Below, piece after piece: positions 27,082-37,304 of a stretch of 64,000 bases of DNA. Positions within the stretch are counted from its first letter, which is position 1. The number at the start of each line of letters is the position of its first letter. The position numbers and the translations under genes were made by a program. This DNA is from Thermoplasmata archaeon (lineage in GTDB: Archaea; Thermoplasmatota; Thermoplasmata; UBA10834): assembly GCA_041548485.1 (NCBI GenBank), contig JBFESP010000001.1, forward strand, positions 72,835-136,834, in the 5' to 3' direction. The notes under the pieces were generated by a model. The model was not told the origin of the DNA, searched no databases, and saw only the letters and a list, made by a program, of their open reading frames with translations.

Positions 27082-28983
27082 ATGACGAAGACGGTCACGC
27101 GTTTCCAGCCCCTTGGACGGGGAACTAGCACACGAACGGGAGCTTCGCTCCTGGACCTCGCGAGGGAGGTCGACGTCTCCATCGAATCGATATGCGGCGG
27201 GACAGGGAAGTGCGGCAAGTGCAGGGTGGTGGTGGCCACGGGAGCCGGGCATCTCTCCCCCGTCAACGAGAGCGAGCGCGCAGCCCTGACAGCTGAGGAG
27301 GTCGATATGGGTGTGCGATTGGCGTGCCAGGCTAGAGTCGTCGCTGAGGGAGACATAGTCGCCGACATCCCGGAACTCAGCCGGAGGGGACATCACCGGC
27401 TCCTCGCTTCCGGGATAGAGCCAGAGGTGGAGCGTGCGCCGGCCGTGGGGAAGATACTCCTGAGGATCCCGCCGGCCACGTTGAGCGACATCAGAGCGGA
27501 CGACGACAGGTTGCTTGAACTACTGCATTCAGAGGCGGCGGTCACGGCGAACATCGCGCAGGGAGTGCACCAGCTTCTCCCCAAGGCAGTCAGGGAGAAC
27601 TCGTGGGAGGCTACCGTCACGCTCTTCAGGGGCGAGGAGTTGATCAGGATCGACCCGGGAGATACGACCGGGAACCTGCTCGGCGTCGCTGTCGACATCG
27701 GAACGACGAAGGTCGTGGCATACCTCGTGAACCTCATCACCGGCGAGATAATGGGAACGGAGAGCCAGCCCAACCCGCAGATACCCTTCGGCGAGGACGT
27801 GATGTCGCGGATAACCTACGCCTCCAGTAGCAGCGACGGCCTCAGGGAGCTCGGAGAGGCCGTGGTGGGATCAGTCAACTCGCTCATCGCAAGGCTGTGC
27901 GCAGGTGCCGGGAGGGACCCGACGGACGTCCTCGAGGTCGTCGTCGTCGGCAACACGGCCATGCATCACATATTCTTCGGAATCACTCCTCAGCACCTCG
28001 CTCAGGCGCCGTATGCGCCAGCGGTCAGAAGCTCCTTGACCGTTGACCCAGGCCATTCCGGCCTGGACATATATCCGTTCGGTAAGGTGAGCTCGTTGCC
28101 GAACATAGCCGGCTTCGTCGGCGCTGATGCGGTGGCAGTCCTGATCGCCTCTGGCCTTTACCAGGACGAGGAGATCGGCATGATGATAGACATCGGTACC
28201 AACACGGAGATCATCGCGGGCAACCGTGAGAGGCTGATCGCGTGCTCGTGCGCCTCGGGACCCGCGTTCGAGGGGGCTCACATCAAACACGGCATGAGGG
28301 CGGCCTCTGGGGCGATCGAGAGGATATGGATAGATTCTGACACTCATGATGTCCATCTCAGGACGGTGGATGACGCCCCCGCGCGTGGCATCTGTGGCTC
28401 AGGAATCGTTGATGCCGTATCTGAGATGTTCAAGTGCGGCCTCCTCTCTGACTCGGGCAGAATGCTTCCGTCCGATATGGGTGATCGGTTCAGAGAAGGC
28501 GCAGACGGGAAGGCGGAGTTCATCCTCACGTCCGAAGAGGACACTGAGGCGGGAACCGAGATCACGATAACACAGAATGACATACAGGAAATACAGCTGG
28601 CGAAGGCCGCTATATTCACCGGAGTATCGGCGCTCATGAGGAAGCTCGGTCTCTCTTGCTCAGGTCTGAAGCAGGTCTACGCGGCGGGCGCTTTCGGGAC
28701 GTATGTCGACGCGACGAGCGCGATAACCATCGGCATGTACCCCGACATCCCCCCTGAACGCATAAGATTCGTCGGCAACGCAGCAGGCTCGGGCGCGAGG
28801 ATGGCGCTCAAGTCGACCAAGGTCAGAGACCTCGCGGACCACCTGTCGAGGCGCGTCGAGTACATCGAACTGGCGGTCGAAAAGGACTTCCAGACAGAGT
28901 TCGCGAAGGCCATGTTCCTCCCGCATAGGGAATCCTGGCGGTTCCCCAGCGTCACGCGACACGGCTCGATCGCACCCCGATGA
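27082..28983 (+). CDS. RACo-like reductive activator: N-terminal plant-type 2Fe-2S ferredoxin domain fused to an ASKHA (DUF4445) ATPase domain
   Basis: 633 aa. CGGTGKCGKCRV 2Fe-2S motif; ASKHA phosphate loops (VAVDIGTTKV, IDIGTNTEI). Confidence 0.7.
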   Translation: MTKTVTRFQPLGRGTSTRTGASLLDLAREVDVSIESICGGTGKCGKCRVVVATGAGHLSPVNESERAALTAEEVDMGVRLACQARVVAEGDIVADIPELSRRGHHRLLASGIEPEVERAPAVGKILLRIPPATLSDIRADDDRLLELLHSEAAVTANIAQGVHQLLPKAVRENSWEATVTLFRGEELIRIDPGDTTGNLLGVAVDIGTTKVVAYLVNLITGEIMGTESQPNPQIPFGEDVMSRITYASSSSDGLRELGEAVVGSVNSLIARLCAGAGRDPTDVLEVVVVGNTAMHHIFFGITPQHLAQAPYAPAVRSSLTVDPGHSGLDIYPFGKVSSLPNIAGFVGADAVAVLIASGLYQDEEIGMMIDIGTNTEIIAGNRERLIACSCASGPAFEGAHIKHGMRAASGAIERIWIDSDTHDVHLRTVDDAPARGICGSGIVDAVSEMFKCGLLSDSGRMLPSDMGDRFREGADGKAEFILTSEEDTEAGTEITITQNDIQEIQLAKAAIFTGVSALMRKLGLSCSGLKQVYAAGAFGTYVDATSAITIGMYPDIPPERIRFVGNAAGSGARMALKSTKVRDLADHLSRRVEYIELAVEKDFQTEFAKAMFLPHRESWRFPSVTRHGSIAPR

Positions 28984-29166
28984 TGCCGCGCCTGCATCGG
29001 CCCGCCGACCGAACACCATTTTACTGTAAGGGCACCATTTCGAATATCGTGCACCCTATTGGCAAGATTTACAACCCCATTCGAAATTGCTCGAGAAGTT
29101 TAAGTAAAAAGCCCGCAATCTGGGTAGCATCGGGTTCGGGGCCGTGTCCCGCCACCCGAGGCGAAT

Positions 29167-30384
29167 GTGAATGGCATGAAGGCAGTAGTACTAGGCGTTG
29201 GAGCCGTGGGATCGGTCACTGCGGACCTGTTGGCGGGCTCGGAGGAGTTCGACAGCGTGGTCCTGGCAGACATCGACCTTGAGAAGGCTCAGAGAATGGA
29301 GAAGCGAATAGCGAATGACAAAGTGTCGTCGATGAAGGTCGACGCGTCGAACGTCGAGCTGATGGCACAGGCATTCAAAGGAGTGGATCTTGTCCTCAAC
29401 GGGGTGATTCCCCGCTTCAACTTCGCGATAATGGACGCGTGTCTCATGGCGAAGGCGAGCTACGCGGACATGGCGAGCGACATCTTCCTGTCCAAGGAGA
29501 AGCCGGGGGAGATAGTGAAGGAGCCGCCGGTGCAGTACCAGGCAAGAAAGTACTCGGATGCATACGAGAAGGCGGGGATCATCGGCATGCTAGGCATGGG
29601 ATGCGACCCCGGAGCAGTGAACGTCTTCGCGAGGATGGGTGCCGACCGGCTGGACAGGGTCAAGGACATCCTGGTTAGGGATGGCGACAACGGCTATGTC
29701 GAAGGGTACGATTTCGCCCCCATGTGGTCGCCAGAGACTCTGATCGAGGAGGTCCTCATGCCACCAATGATCTACAAGGACGGGGCGTACAGGAAGATCG
29801 AGCCGTTCAGCGGCAAGGAGGAGTACGAGTACCCGGCTCCGGTCGGGAAGCTGCCGGCATACAACGTCGACCACGAAGAGCAGGAGACCCTTCCGACGTA
29901 CATCGGAGAGGTTCTCGGCAAGGGGTGCGACTACTGCGACTTCAAGATAGGCCTCGGCGATGAGTATGTCGATGCGATCAAGACAATCGGCATGCTCGGA
30001 CTTGACAGCATGGAGAAGATAGACGTCAAGGGCGTCAAGGTGGCACCGAGAGACGTCGTCGCTGCGGCCCTACCCGATCCGGCCTCCCTGGGCGACAGGG
30101 CGAGAGGAGACCTGGCTCACGGCACGATCACGACTGGCGTGAAGGACGGCAAGGATGAGGGGTACTACATCTACACTACGATGAACCACCAGGACTGCTG
30201 GAACAAGTACAAGCACAGCGCGACCGCATACACTGTTGGCGCACCGTTGGTGATAGGTGCGATCCTGTTCGCGCAGGGCAAAATCAACCAGAAGGGTGTG
30301 TTCCCTCCGGAGATGCTCGACCCCCAGCCGTTTGTCGACATGCTTCCGAGATTCGGTATGAACTGCATCGTGAAGAAACTGTAG
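29167..30384 (+). CDS. Saccharopine dehydrogenase-family NAD(P)-binding protein
   Basis: 405 aa. Rossmann motif VVLGVGAVGS; Sacchrp_dh-like layout. The start may be at 29176. Confidence 0.7.
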   Translation: MNGMKAVVLGVGAVGSVTADLLAGSEEFDSVVLADIDLEKAQRMEKRIANDKVSSMKVDASNVELMAQAFKGVDLVLNGVIPRFNFAIMDACLMAKASYADMASDIFLSKEKPGEIVKEPPVQYQARKYSDAYEKAGIIGMLGMGCDPGAVNVFARMGADRLDRVKDILVRDGDNGYVEGYDFAPMWSPETLIEEVLMPPMIYKDGAYRKIEPFSGKEEYEYPAPVGKLPAYNVDHEEQETLPTYIGEVLGKGCDYCDFKIGLGDEYVDAIKTIGMLGLDSMEKIDVKGVKVAPRDVVAAALPDPASLGDRARGDLAHGTITTGVKDGKDEGYYIYTTMNHQDCWNKYKHSATAYTVGAPLVIGAILFAQGKINQKGVFPPEMLDPQPFVDMLPRFGMNCIVKKL

Positions 30385-30504
30385 GGGGACCTCCCCGACT
30401 GCATGAGAAATCCCTCCTGCAGTCGAAACATCTTCTCCGCGGACCGGAATTAACACCTCCGACTCACAATCAGGTTAATAGCGAGTCTGCGATACGGGCT
30501 ATCC

Positions 30505-31716
30505 ATGGCGGCAGGGGAGGGCCGGATCCGCAGGTTCTATCTGTTCCGCGCAGCGACGTCGTTCGCCCTGTGGATGCCGTTCTGGACCCTCTGGGCGTAC
30601 GAGAACCTCGACGACCTGTTCCTTATAGCGGTCGTTGACGCGGCCTTCTGGGCCACCATGATTGGGCTCCAGATACCGGCAGGACTCATAGGGGACAGGT
30701 TTGGAAGGAAGGCCGCACTGCTGTTGGGCGAGGGGCTCTTCGCGCTGGGTGTCCTCACCTTCGGGCTGAGTACTGAGTTCTGGCAGTACGCCGTGTCCAA
30801 TATGATTTGGGCAGCTGGCGTCTGCTTCGTCGTCAGCGGGGACACGCCGTTCGTCTATGACACGCTCGTTGAGCTCAAGCGAGAGAACGAGTTCACCGTG
30901 GTGATGCTGACGGCGACCGTCGTCATGTTCGCAACCAATGCTGTTGCGTGCGCGTTGGGAGGGTTCGTCGTCGAGTGGTCTGGACGTCTGGACCTCCCCC
31001 TCATCATAGCATCGCTCATCGCCTTTGCGGGATCACTCACGGTGTTCATGCTCAAGGAGCCGAAGGTCGAGAGGAAACGGGAGTTCTCATACACCACTCA
31101 TTTCGGGATGGGGCTCAGACAGGTCATCTCGTCCAGAGCGATCGTCATCCTGATCCTGTTCCAGATAATCATTGGGATAGGGATCTATGTGATGGCGTTC
31201 TTCAGATCGATCTACATGAACGAGGACCTCATGCTCGGATATCTAGAGATCGGCATCTTCTTCGCGAGCTTCCTGGCCGTCGCCGCGATCGTGATGCGCA
31301 TGGCCAGGAGGATAGAGGGAGTCCTAGGTGAGAAGAGGTCGCTCGTCTTCTTGTACGGTACGATACTCATCGCATTCGTCGCTGTGTTCCTGGTCAGACA
31401 CCCTATCGCAATCATAACGCAATATCCAATATACCTTGTAGCGGGTATCCAGGCGCCGATAATCAACGGGTACATCAACCGCCGCGTGGACTCTGAGCAC
31501 CGGTCCACGGTCATGGCCATCGCCACATTCGTCTTCACAAGCCTGCTTGTCGTGATCGAGGTCGGTTTCGGCTACATGGCTTCCGCCTGGGGCCTCGTCG
31601 AGAGCATCATGGCCATGGCGATGATGACCGTCCCCCTGGCCGCCTTCTTGCTGCTCCAGTGGAGCAGGGAGGTGGACAGGGATCGAGAGGTCGGAGCCAC
31701 GGTCGACGCAATCTGA
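30505..31716 (+). CDS. MFS transporter
   Basis: 403 aa with about 12 predicted TM helices. GDRFGRK motif between TM2 and TM3. Confidence 0.75.
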   Translation: MAAGEGRIRRFYLFRAATSFALWMPFWTLWAYENLDDLFLIAVVDAAFWATMIGLQIPAGLIGDRFGRKAALLLGEGLFALGVLTFGLSTEFWQYAVSNMIWAAGVCFVVSGDTPFVYDTLVELKRENEFTVVMLTATVVMFATNAVACALGGFVVEWSGRLDLPLIIASLIAFAGSLTVFMLKEPKVERKREFSYTTHFGMGLRQVISSRAIVILILFQIIIGIGIYVMAFFRSIYMNEDLMLGYLEIGIFFASFLAVAAIVMRMARRIEGVLGEKRSLVFLYGTILIAFVAVFLVRHPIAIITQYPIYLVAGIQAPIINGYINRRVDSEHRSTVMAIATFVFTSLLVVIEVGFGYMASAWGLVESIMAMAMMTVPLAAFLLLQWSREVDRDREVGATVDAI

Positions 31717-31845
31717 TCTACTCATCAGACATGCGGGGAAGGAGGGAGGAGGACAGTCCGAGACAGGCTGCATCCTCAATCAATGCCACCATTATCGAGA
31801 CTGAGAACGGCGTTTCGGGTGACTGCAGACGGCGTTGGGGGTGAC

Positions 31846-34287
31846 TCACTCCGTCCGACCCAGCTTCTTCTCCTTCTCTGCTATCAGGAGCCGGGTCTTA
31901 ATCACGCTGTCGGGATTCAGGGATATGCTGTCGATGCCGAGCTCAACGAGGAACTCCGCGAACTCCGGGAAGTCGGAGGGGGCCTGGCCACAGATACCGA
32001 TCTTCTTCCCCTTCGCCTTGACAGCCTTCACGGCACTCGCGATGAGCTTCTTCACCGCAGGGTTCCTTTCGTCGTACAGATGTGACACGAGCTCGGAGTC
32101 CCTGTCGAGACCGAGCGTCAGCTGGGTGAGGTCGTTCGACCCTATCGAGAACCCGTCGAACACCTCCGCGAACTCCTCCGCAAGGAGGACATTGCTGGGG
32201 AGCTCGCACATGACATAGACCTCCAGCCCGTTCTCGCCCTGCTTCAGGCCAAAGCCGGCCATGGTCTCTATCACCTTCCGACCCTCCTCAGGGGTCCTGC
32301 AGAATGGGACCATCACCTTCACGTTGGTGAGACCTTTGCTGTCCCTTACCCTCTTCAGCGCGCTGCACTCGAGGGCGAAGGCAGGGCTGAACTTCTTGTC
32401 GTAGTAGCGTGCGGCCCCGCGCCAGCCGATCATCGGGTTGGCCTCCACAGGCTCGTACAACTTCCCCCCGAGAAGGTTCGCATACTCGTTCGTCTTGAAA
32501 TCCGACAGCCGGACTATCACGTCGTTGGGAAAGAACGTCGCGGCTATCTTGCCCACGCCCCACGCGAGTTTGTCGAGGAAGAAATCCGTCTTGCTCTCGT
32601 AGCCATGGGTCCGCTCGTCTATCTTCGCCACTATCTCCGCGACCTCGGGCTCGTCCTTCGCGCGTTTGACGAGCTCGTCGTACTCTATCAAGGCAAGTGG
32701 ATGGATGCCGATGTGGGACGCGATGATGAACTCGAGTCTGGCAAGGCCTACCCCGTCGCACGGAATCTGCCCCTGCGTGAAGACGTGCTCGGGAACTGCC
32801 ACATTCATGAATATCTTCGTCCTGGTAGACGGCATGTGAGACAGGTCGGTATTGTCGATCCTGAATTTGAGCTTGCCCTCGTAGACGCGTCCCTCGCCCT
32901 CCGACGTGTCCACGGTCACCTTCTGTCCGTCGCTTAGAACGCTGGTACCGTTCCCCGCCCCGACTATGCATGGAATCCCCAGCTCGCGGGAGACGATCGC
33001 GGCGTGACAGGTCCTTCCGCCCCTGTCGGCGACTATGGCGGACGCGATGCGCATTATGGGCTCCCAATCCGGATCGGTCTTGTCGGTGACCAGGACCTCG
33101 CCCTTCTTGAATTCCGATATCTCGAAGGCGCTCTCGAGGACGTTCACAACGCCCGCGCCTATCTTGTGGCCGACCGCCTCGCCCAGCAAGAGCACTTCGC
33201 TCCGCTCCTCCAGCACATACGTCTCGAGCACCCTCTCCGCTTTGGCGGCATGGACGGTCTCGGGACGGGCCTGAACGATGTAGAGCTCGCCCGTCAGACC
33301 GTCCTTGGCCCACTCCACGTCCATGGACTTCCTATAGTGCTCCTCGATGATGCACGCCCATTTGGCGAGCGTGATGATCTCGCCGTCGTCGAGGACGAAC
33401 CTCTGCCTGTCCTTCGTCGGCACTTCGACGTCGATCATGCCATGACCCTTGGAGGCGTACACCAGCTTGTGCTGTTTGGTGCCGAGCTTCTTCTCGACGA
33501 TGGGGTCGTCGAACCGGCCGAGGGTGGGTTTGAACACGTAGAACTGGTCCGGGTTGACTGCGCCCTGGACGATCATCTCCCCCAGACCCCAGGAACCTGT
33601 TATGTAGACGACCTTGTCGAAGCCGCTCTCTGTATCCAGTGTGAACATCACCCCGGAGCACGCCTGGTCGCTCCTGACCATCCTCTGGACGCCTACCGAG
33701 AGCGCGCTCTCCAGCTGTCCGAACCCCCTGTGGGCCCTGTACGCTATCGCTCGGTCGGTGAAGAGGCTGGCGAAGCACTGCTTCATCGCTTTCAGCACGT
33801 TGGCCTCGCCTTTCACGTTGAGTATCGTCTCGTGCTGACCGGCGAACGATGCGCCGTCAAGGTCTTCCGTGGTAGCGCTCGAACGGATCGCCACGCTCGG
33901 GTCGCGTAGGCCGAGCCTCCGGCCGAGCTCCCAGTAACCGTATGCGATCTCTCGCCTGAGCTCGCCCGGGAACTCAGCATCCAGGAACGCTCGGCGTATC
34001 TTGCGTCCTCTCTCGGACACGTCGGAGGGGTTGTCAGGGTCGACGCCCTCGAGGGTGTCCTTGATCTGCTCATCGAGGCCTGCGCTCTCGACGAACCATC
34101 TGAAAGCCTTGGTGGAGACTGCAAAACCCTCGGGGACGCGTATCCCCTTGTCGGCGAGATGCCTGAGCATCTCACCCAGCGAGGCGTTCTTCCCACCGAC
34201 CTTGGAGACATCATTCAGACCGATCTGGTCAAACCATAGCAGATGCTCGTTGGTCCCGTTGCGTGGTTTCTTCGGCCCGTTGAGCAT
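31846..34287 (-). CDS. ppsA: Phosphoenolpyruvate synthase (pyruvate, water dikinase)
   Basis: 813 aa. ATP-grasp N-domain, phosphohistidine domain (GGRTCHAAIVSRELGIPC), PEP-utilising C-domain. A leaderless-type TATA lies about 27 nt upstream. Confidence 0.9.
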   Translation of the reverse strand: MLNGPKKPRNGTNEHLLWFDQIGLNDVSKVGGKNASLGEMLRHLADKGIRVPEGFAVSTKAFRWFVESAGLDEQIKDTLEGVDPDNPSDVSERGRKIRRAFLDAEFPGELRREIAYGYWELGRRLGLRDPSVAIRSSATTEDLDGASFAGQHETILNVKGEANVLKAMKQCFASLFTDRAIAYRAHRGFGQLESALSVGVQRMVRSDQACSGVMFTLDTESGFDKVVYITGSWGLGEMIVQGAVNPDQFYVFKPTLGRFDDPIVEKKLGTKQHKLVYASKGHGMIDVEVPTKDRQRFVLDDGEIITLAKWACIIEEHYRKSMDVEWAKDGLTGELYIVQARPETVHAAKAERVLETYVLEERSEVLLLGEAVGHKIGAGVVNVLESAFEISEFKKGEVLVTDKTDPDWEPIMRIASAIVADRGGRTCHAAIVSRELGIPCIVGAGNGTSVLSDGQKVTVDTSEGEGRVYEGKLKFRIDNTDLSHMPSTRTKIFMNVAVPEHVFTQGQIPCDGVGLARLEFIIASHIGIHPLALIEYDELVKRAKDEPEVAEIVAKIDERTHGYESKTDFFLDKLAWGVGKIAATFFPNDVIVRLSDFKTNEYANLLGGKLYEPVEANPMIGWRGAARYYDKKFSPAFALECSALKRVRDSKGLTNVKVMVPFCRTPEEGRKVIETMAGFGLKQGENGLEVYVMCELPSNVLLAEEFAEVFDGFSIGSNDLTQLTLGLDRDSELVSHLYDERNPAVKKLIASAVKAVKAKGKKIGICGQAPSDFPEFAEFLVELGIDSISLNPDSVIKTRLLIAEKEKKLGRTE

Positions 34288-34591
34288 TCTTCGCCCCGCC
34301 TGAAGCAGATATAGTACGTAGACGCCGCGCGTGCCATCTCAGTCCGGGGAGGCTATCCTCCACGCCGCCCATACCATTCAAAGCGGCCGCCCCGGTGGAG
34401 CATCCGAGCCATGCACACGAGACCTGGTGAGGTGATGTTCACGACGTTACCAGGGATGTGAATCGCTAGCTCCGGTACGGGGATAAATGCGCCGGCCTTA
34501 ATAACGTTTCCCAGCCGAGGAAACAGTTTTGTCGGCGAAGGTTCTTCGAGGTCTTAGGGGAGAGACGGGGGACGACGCGTTGAAAGTGGCG

Positions 34592-35683
34592 ATGCTCACA
34601 TACAGCACGAGGGCGAGAGGTGGTGTGGCGCATGCGCTGAAGCTCGCCGAGCATCTAACGACGATGGGGGTCGACATCACCCTCCACTCGTTGGCTAGGG
34701 GAGACGACGACAGGTCGCTCCAAGGCTTTTATCGAGGCGTGGGGGTTCCGCATGAAATCTATCCTTTCGAGTGGCACGAGGATGTCATGGTACGCCTCGA
34801 ACGGATGATCAACGCCTATGTGACTGCCCTGCCACGCGGTGCTGACATCTACCACGCCCAGGACTGCGTCGGCGGCACCGCCCTTCACAGGATGAAGTCT
34901 GCCGGGCACCTGCGTGCGCCGGTCTTCCGCACGGTCCACCACATCGACGACTTCGCAGAACCGAGGCTTTTTGAATTCGAGAAGGCGGCCGTGAGACACG
35001 CGGATCACAGGTTCGTCGTCTCCTCCTTCTGGAAGGATGCTCTCGAGCGCGAACACGGCCTCGAATCCCGCATCGCCTACAACGGCATCGACCTCGCTGA
35101 GTTCTCAGCTCTGCCGGATAGGGGATCTCAGGGGCCGACCGTCCTCTTCGTGGGGGGGTTCGAGCCGCGCAAGGGTCTGGAGCATCTCATCCTGGCAATG
35201 GAAAGGATCCACAGGGTCATGCCTGAGGCGAAGTTGCGCGTCGTCGCTAAAACCGGGTTCAGGGGAACCGACACCGAGGAATGGTTCAGGCTGTTGGCCG
35301 ACAGAGCACGGGTTGGCCATGCAGTGGAGTTCCTTCAATCAATAGGCCAGGATGAACTGCTCCAGTGTTATTCAGACTCGGACGTGGTCGTCCTGCCGTC
35401 GAGAAACGAGGGGTGGGGACTCTCGCTCATGGAGGCCATGGCCTGCGGAAAGCCGACTGTGGCGACGAGGGTCGGAGGCATCCCTGAGCTTGTTAGAGAT
35501 GGAGTTGACGGCGTACTCGTCGATCCCGGAGACACCGCCAGACTGGCGGAGGCGATCACTGGACTCCTCAGAGACGGCGACATGAGGTCGAGAATGGGTG
35601 CTGCGGGGCGGGAGAGGGTCGCGGCGTTCTCGTGGACGGAGACCGCCCGAGCTACACTCGATGCCTACAAGGGCGCCCTCTAG
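34592..35683 (+). CDS. Glycosyltransferase family 4 (GT-B). The start may be the TTG at 34580 or the TTG at 34529.
   Basis: C-terminal EGWGLSLMEAMACGKPTVATRVGGIPE is a GT4 signature. Confidence 0.75.
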   Translation: MLTYSTRARGGVAHALKLAEHLTTMGVDITLHSLARGDDDRSLQGFYRGVGVPHEIYPFEWHEDVMVRLERMINAYVTALPRGADIYHAQDCVGGTALHRMKSAGHLRAPVFRTVHHIDDFAEPRLFEFEKAAVRHADHRFVVSSFWKDALEREHGLESRIAYNGIDLAEFSALPDRGSQGPTVLFVGGFEPRKGLEHLILAMERIHRVMPEAKLRVVAKTGFRGTDTEEWFRLLADRARVGHAVEFLQSIGQDELLQCYSDSDVVVLPSRNEGWGLSLMEAMACGKPTVATRVGGIPELVRDGVDGVLVDPGDTARLAEAITGLLRDGDMRSRMGAAGRERVAAFSWTETARATLDAYKGAL

Positions 35684-37146
35684 TTCCCCTGCGCGAACTC
35701 GTCCATGAACCGCACATTGAACTTCTCGGCGTCTGTCAGGGACGCCACCTTCTTATTGCCCTCGATGACCATATACTCGTTCGGGCTGTGAGGTAGCGCG
35801 GAGTGTCCGATCCCGCCCATAGCGAAGGGCAGCTTGAGTATGCGGTTGAATACGTAGAACGGCACTGCCCCGCCGCTGGTAGGCCAGACCTCTGGCTTGT
35901 GGCCGAACGCCCTGTAGCATCGGAGCATGGCCTGGACGACTGGGTCCTTCACGCTCATGCGGCACCAGTCGTACCCTGTATCGACCTCCTTGATCGTGAT
36001 GTCGGTGTAGCCGTGCGCGTCCAGATGCTTCCTCACAAGGGGCATCATCTTCTCCTTCTCCTGATTCGGGACTAGCCTGATGTCGACCTTGCATGTCACC
36101 TCGTGCGGCAGAACGGTCTTCGAGCCCTCCTCCATGTATCCTCCCCAGATGCCGTCTATGTTGAGCGTCGTGCCGAAGGTGAAAAGCCTCATCAGTTCCT
36201 CAGGCCGGTCGTCGGGGGCCATGAACCGTTTCACCTTCATCGTTCGCTTGAAACCCGCTGTGTCGACCCGCTTCGCAAGATCCTTGATCAGCCGTTCGTC
36301 CTCCTTGGACGGGGGCGCAACATCGTCGTAGAAGCCGTCGATGAGTATCTTGTTGCCGTTGTCCCTGGACATCGTACCCAGCGCGTCGATCAGCCTCCAG
36401 ACCGGGCTGTCCACCCAAGCCTTGTTGGCGCTGTGTATCGCGAACTCCTGAGGGCCACGGCCCCACCGCTTCCCGCTGCAGGTCATCTCGAAATAGACGA
36501 CGCCCTTCACGCCCAGGAAGTGCGTGCACGCTCCGGTGGCCTCCTGGCCGAAGAAGGGGAAGTAGCACGCGTCGGATCTCGATAATCGCTTCTTGTCCTT
36601 CCTCACATAGGCGGGTAGGTTGGGGCTCCCGAGCTCCTCCTCGCCCTCGGCGACCAGTATCAGACTGGCTGGGGGTCTGCCCTCGCTCTTGCAGCACGCC
36701 TCGACAGAGTTGAGGAACGCAGCCAGCGGTCCCTTGGTGTTGTCCGCACCCCGGTTCACGATGGACCTGACCTTGCCAGATGGAAGGTTCATGTCGACGA
36801 TCTTCGCACCCATCGCAGGATGCCTCCATCCTGGTTCGTTGAACGGCATCGTGTCATACATGAAGTAAGCGAGGAGCGTCCTGTCGGAGCTGCCCTTGCA
36901 CTCCCCGTAGACGACGGGGTTGCCCCTCGTCTCCACGATCTCGACCTTATCGCATCCGACCTCGGAGTACATCTTGCCCACGAGCTCGGCACATTCCTCG
37001 ATGCCCAGGTCCTCCTGGCTGGAGCTAGGTTGTCTCAGCAGGCGTCTGATTCTGGAGATGTGTCTGCTCTTGTCTCTGTCAATCCTGTCGAACACTCCGG
37101 CTAGCCTCTCCTTTCGGGCCATGTGAATCAAGTCGTTTATGCGCAC
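35680..37146 (-). CDS. M20-family metallopeptidase (ArgE/DapE/dipeptidase-like)
   Basis: 488 aa. M20 motifs including the metal-binding H/D/E residues (GADNTKGP, LVAEGEEELGSP). Confidence 0.75.
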   Translation of the reverse strand: MRINDLIHMARKERLAGVFDRIDRDKSRHISRIRRLLRQPSSSQEDLGIEECAELVGKMYSEVGCDKVEIVETRGNPVVYGECKGSSDRTLLAYFMYDTMPFNEPGWRHPAMGAKIVDMNLPSGKVRSIVNRGADNTKGPLAAFLNSVEACCKSEGRPPASLILVAEGEEELGSPNLPAYVRKDKKRLSRSDACYFPFFGQEATGACTHFLGVKGVVYFEMTCSGKRWGRGPQEFAIHSANKAWVDSPVWRLIDALGTMSRDNGNKILIDGFYDDVAPPSKEDERLIKDLAKRVDTAGFKRTMKVKRFMAPDDRPEELMRLFTFGTTLNIDGIWGGYMEEGSKTVLPHEVTCKVDIRLVPNQEKEKMMPLVRKHLDAHGYTDITIKEVDTGYDWCRMSVKDPVVQAMLRCYRAFGHKPEVWPTSGGAVPFYVFNRILKLPFAMGGIGHSALPHSPNEYMVIEGNKKVASLTDAEKFNVRFMDEFAQGN

Positions 37147-37304
37147 CCGCGATTAAAGATGTTTCTTGGAGGACGGCCCATGGCCGCGGCGAGGCACCAC
37201 CTTTCGACGCACGATGAACGACGCCCGCTAGAGGTTGGTTAGTAGGGCGGGTGGGGATGCTAGATAATGTGGTCCCGGGGGGCGCGCAGAGGTGTGGCTC
37301 GACG

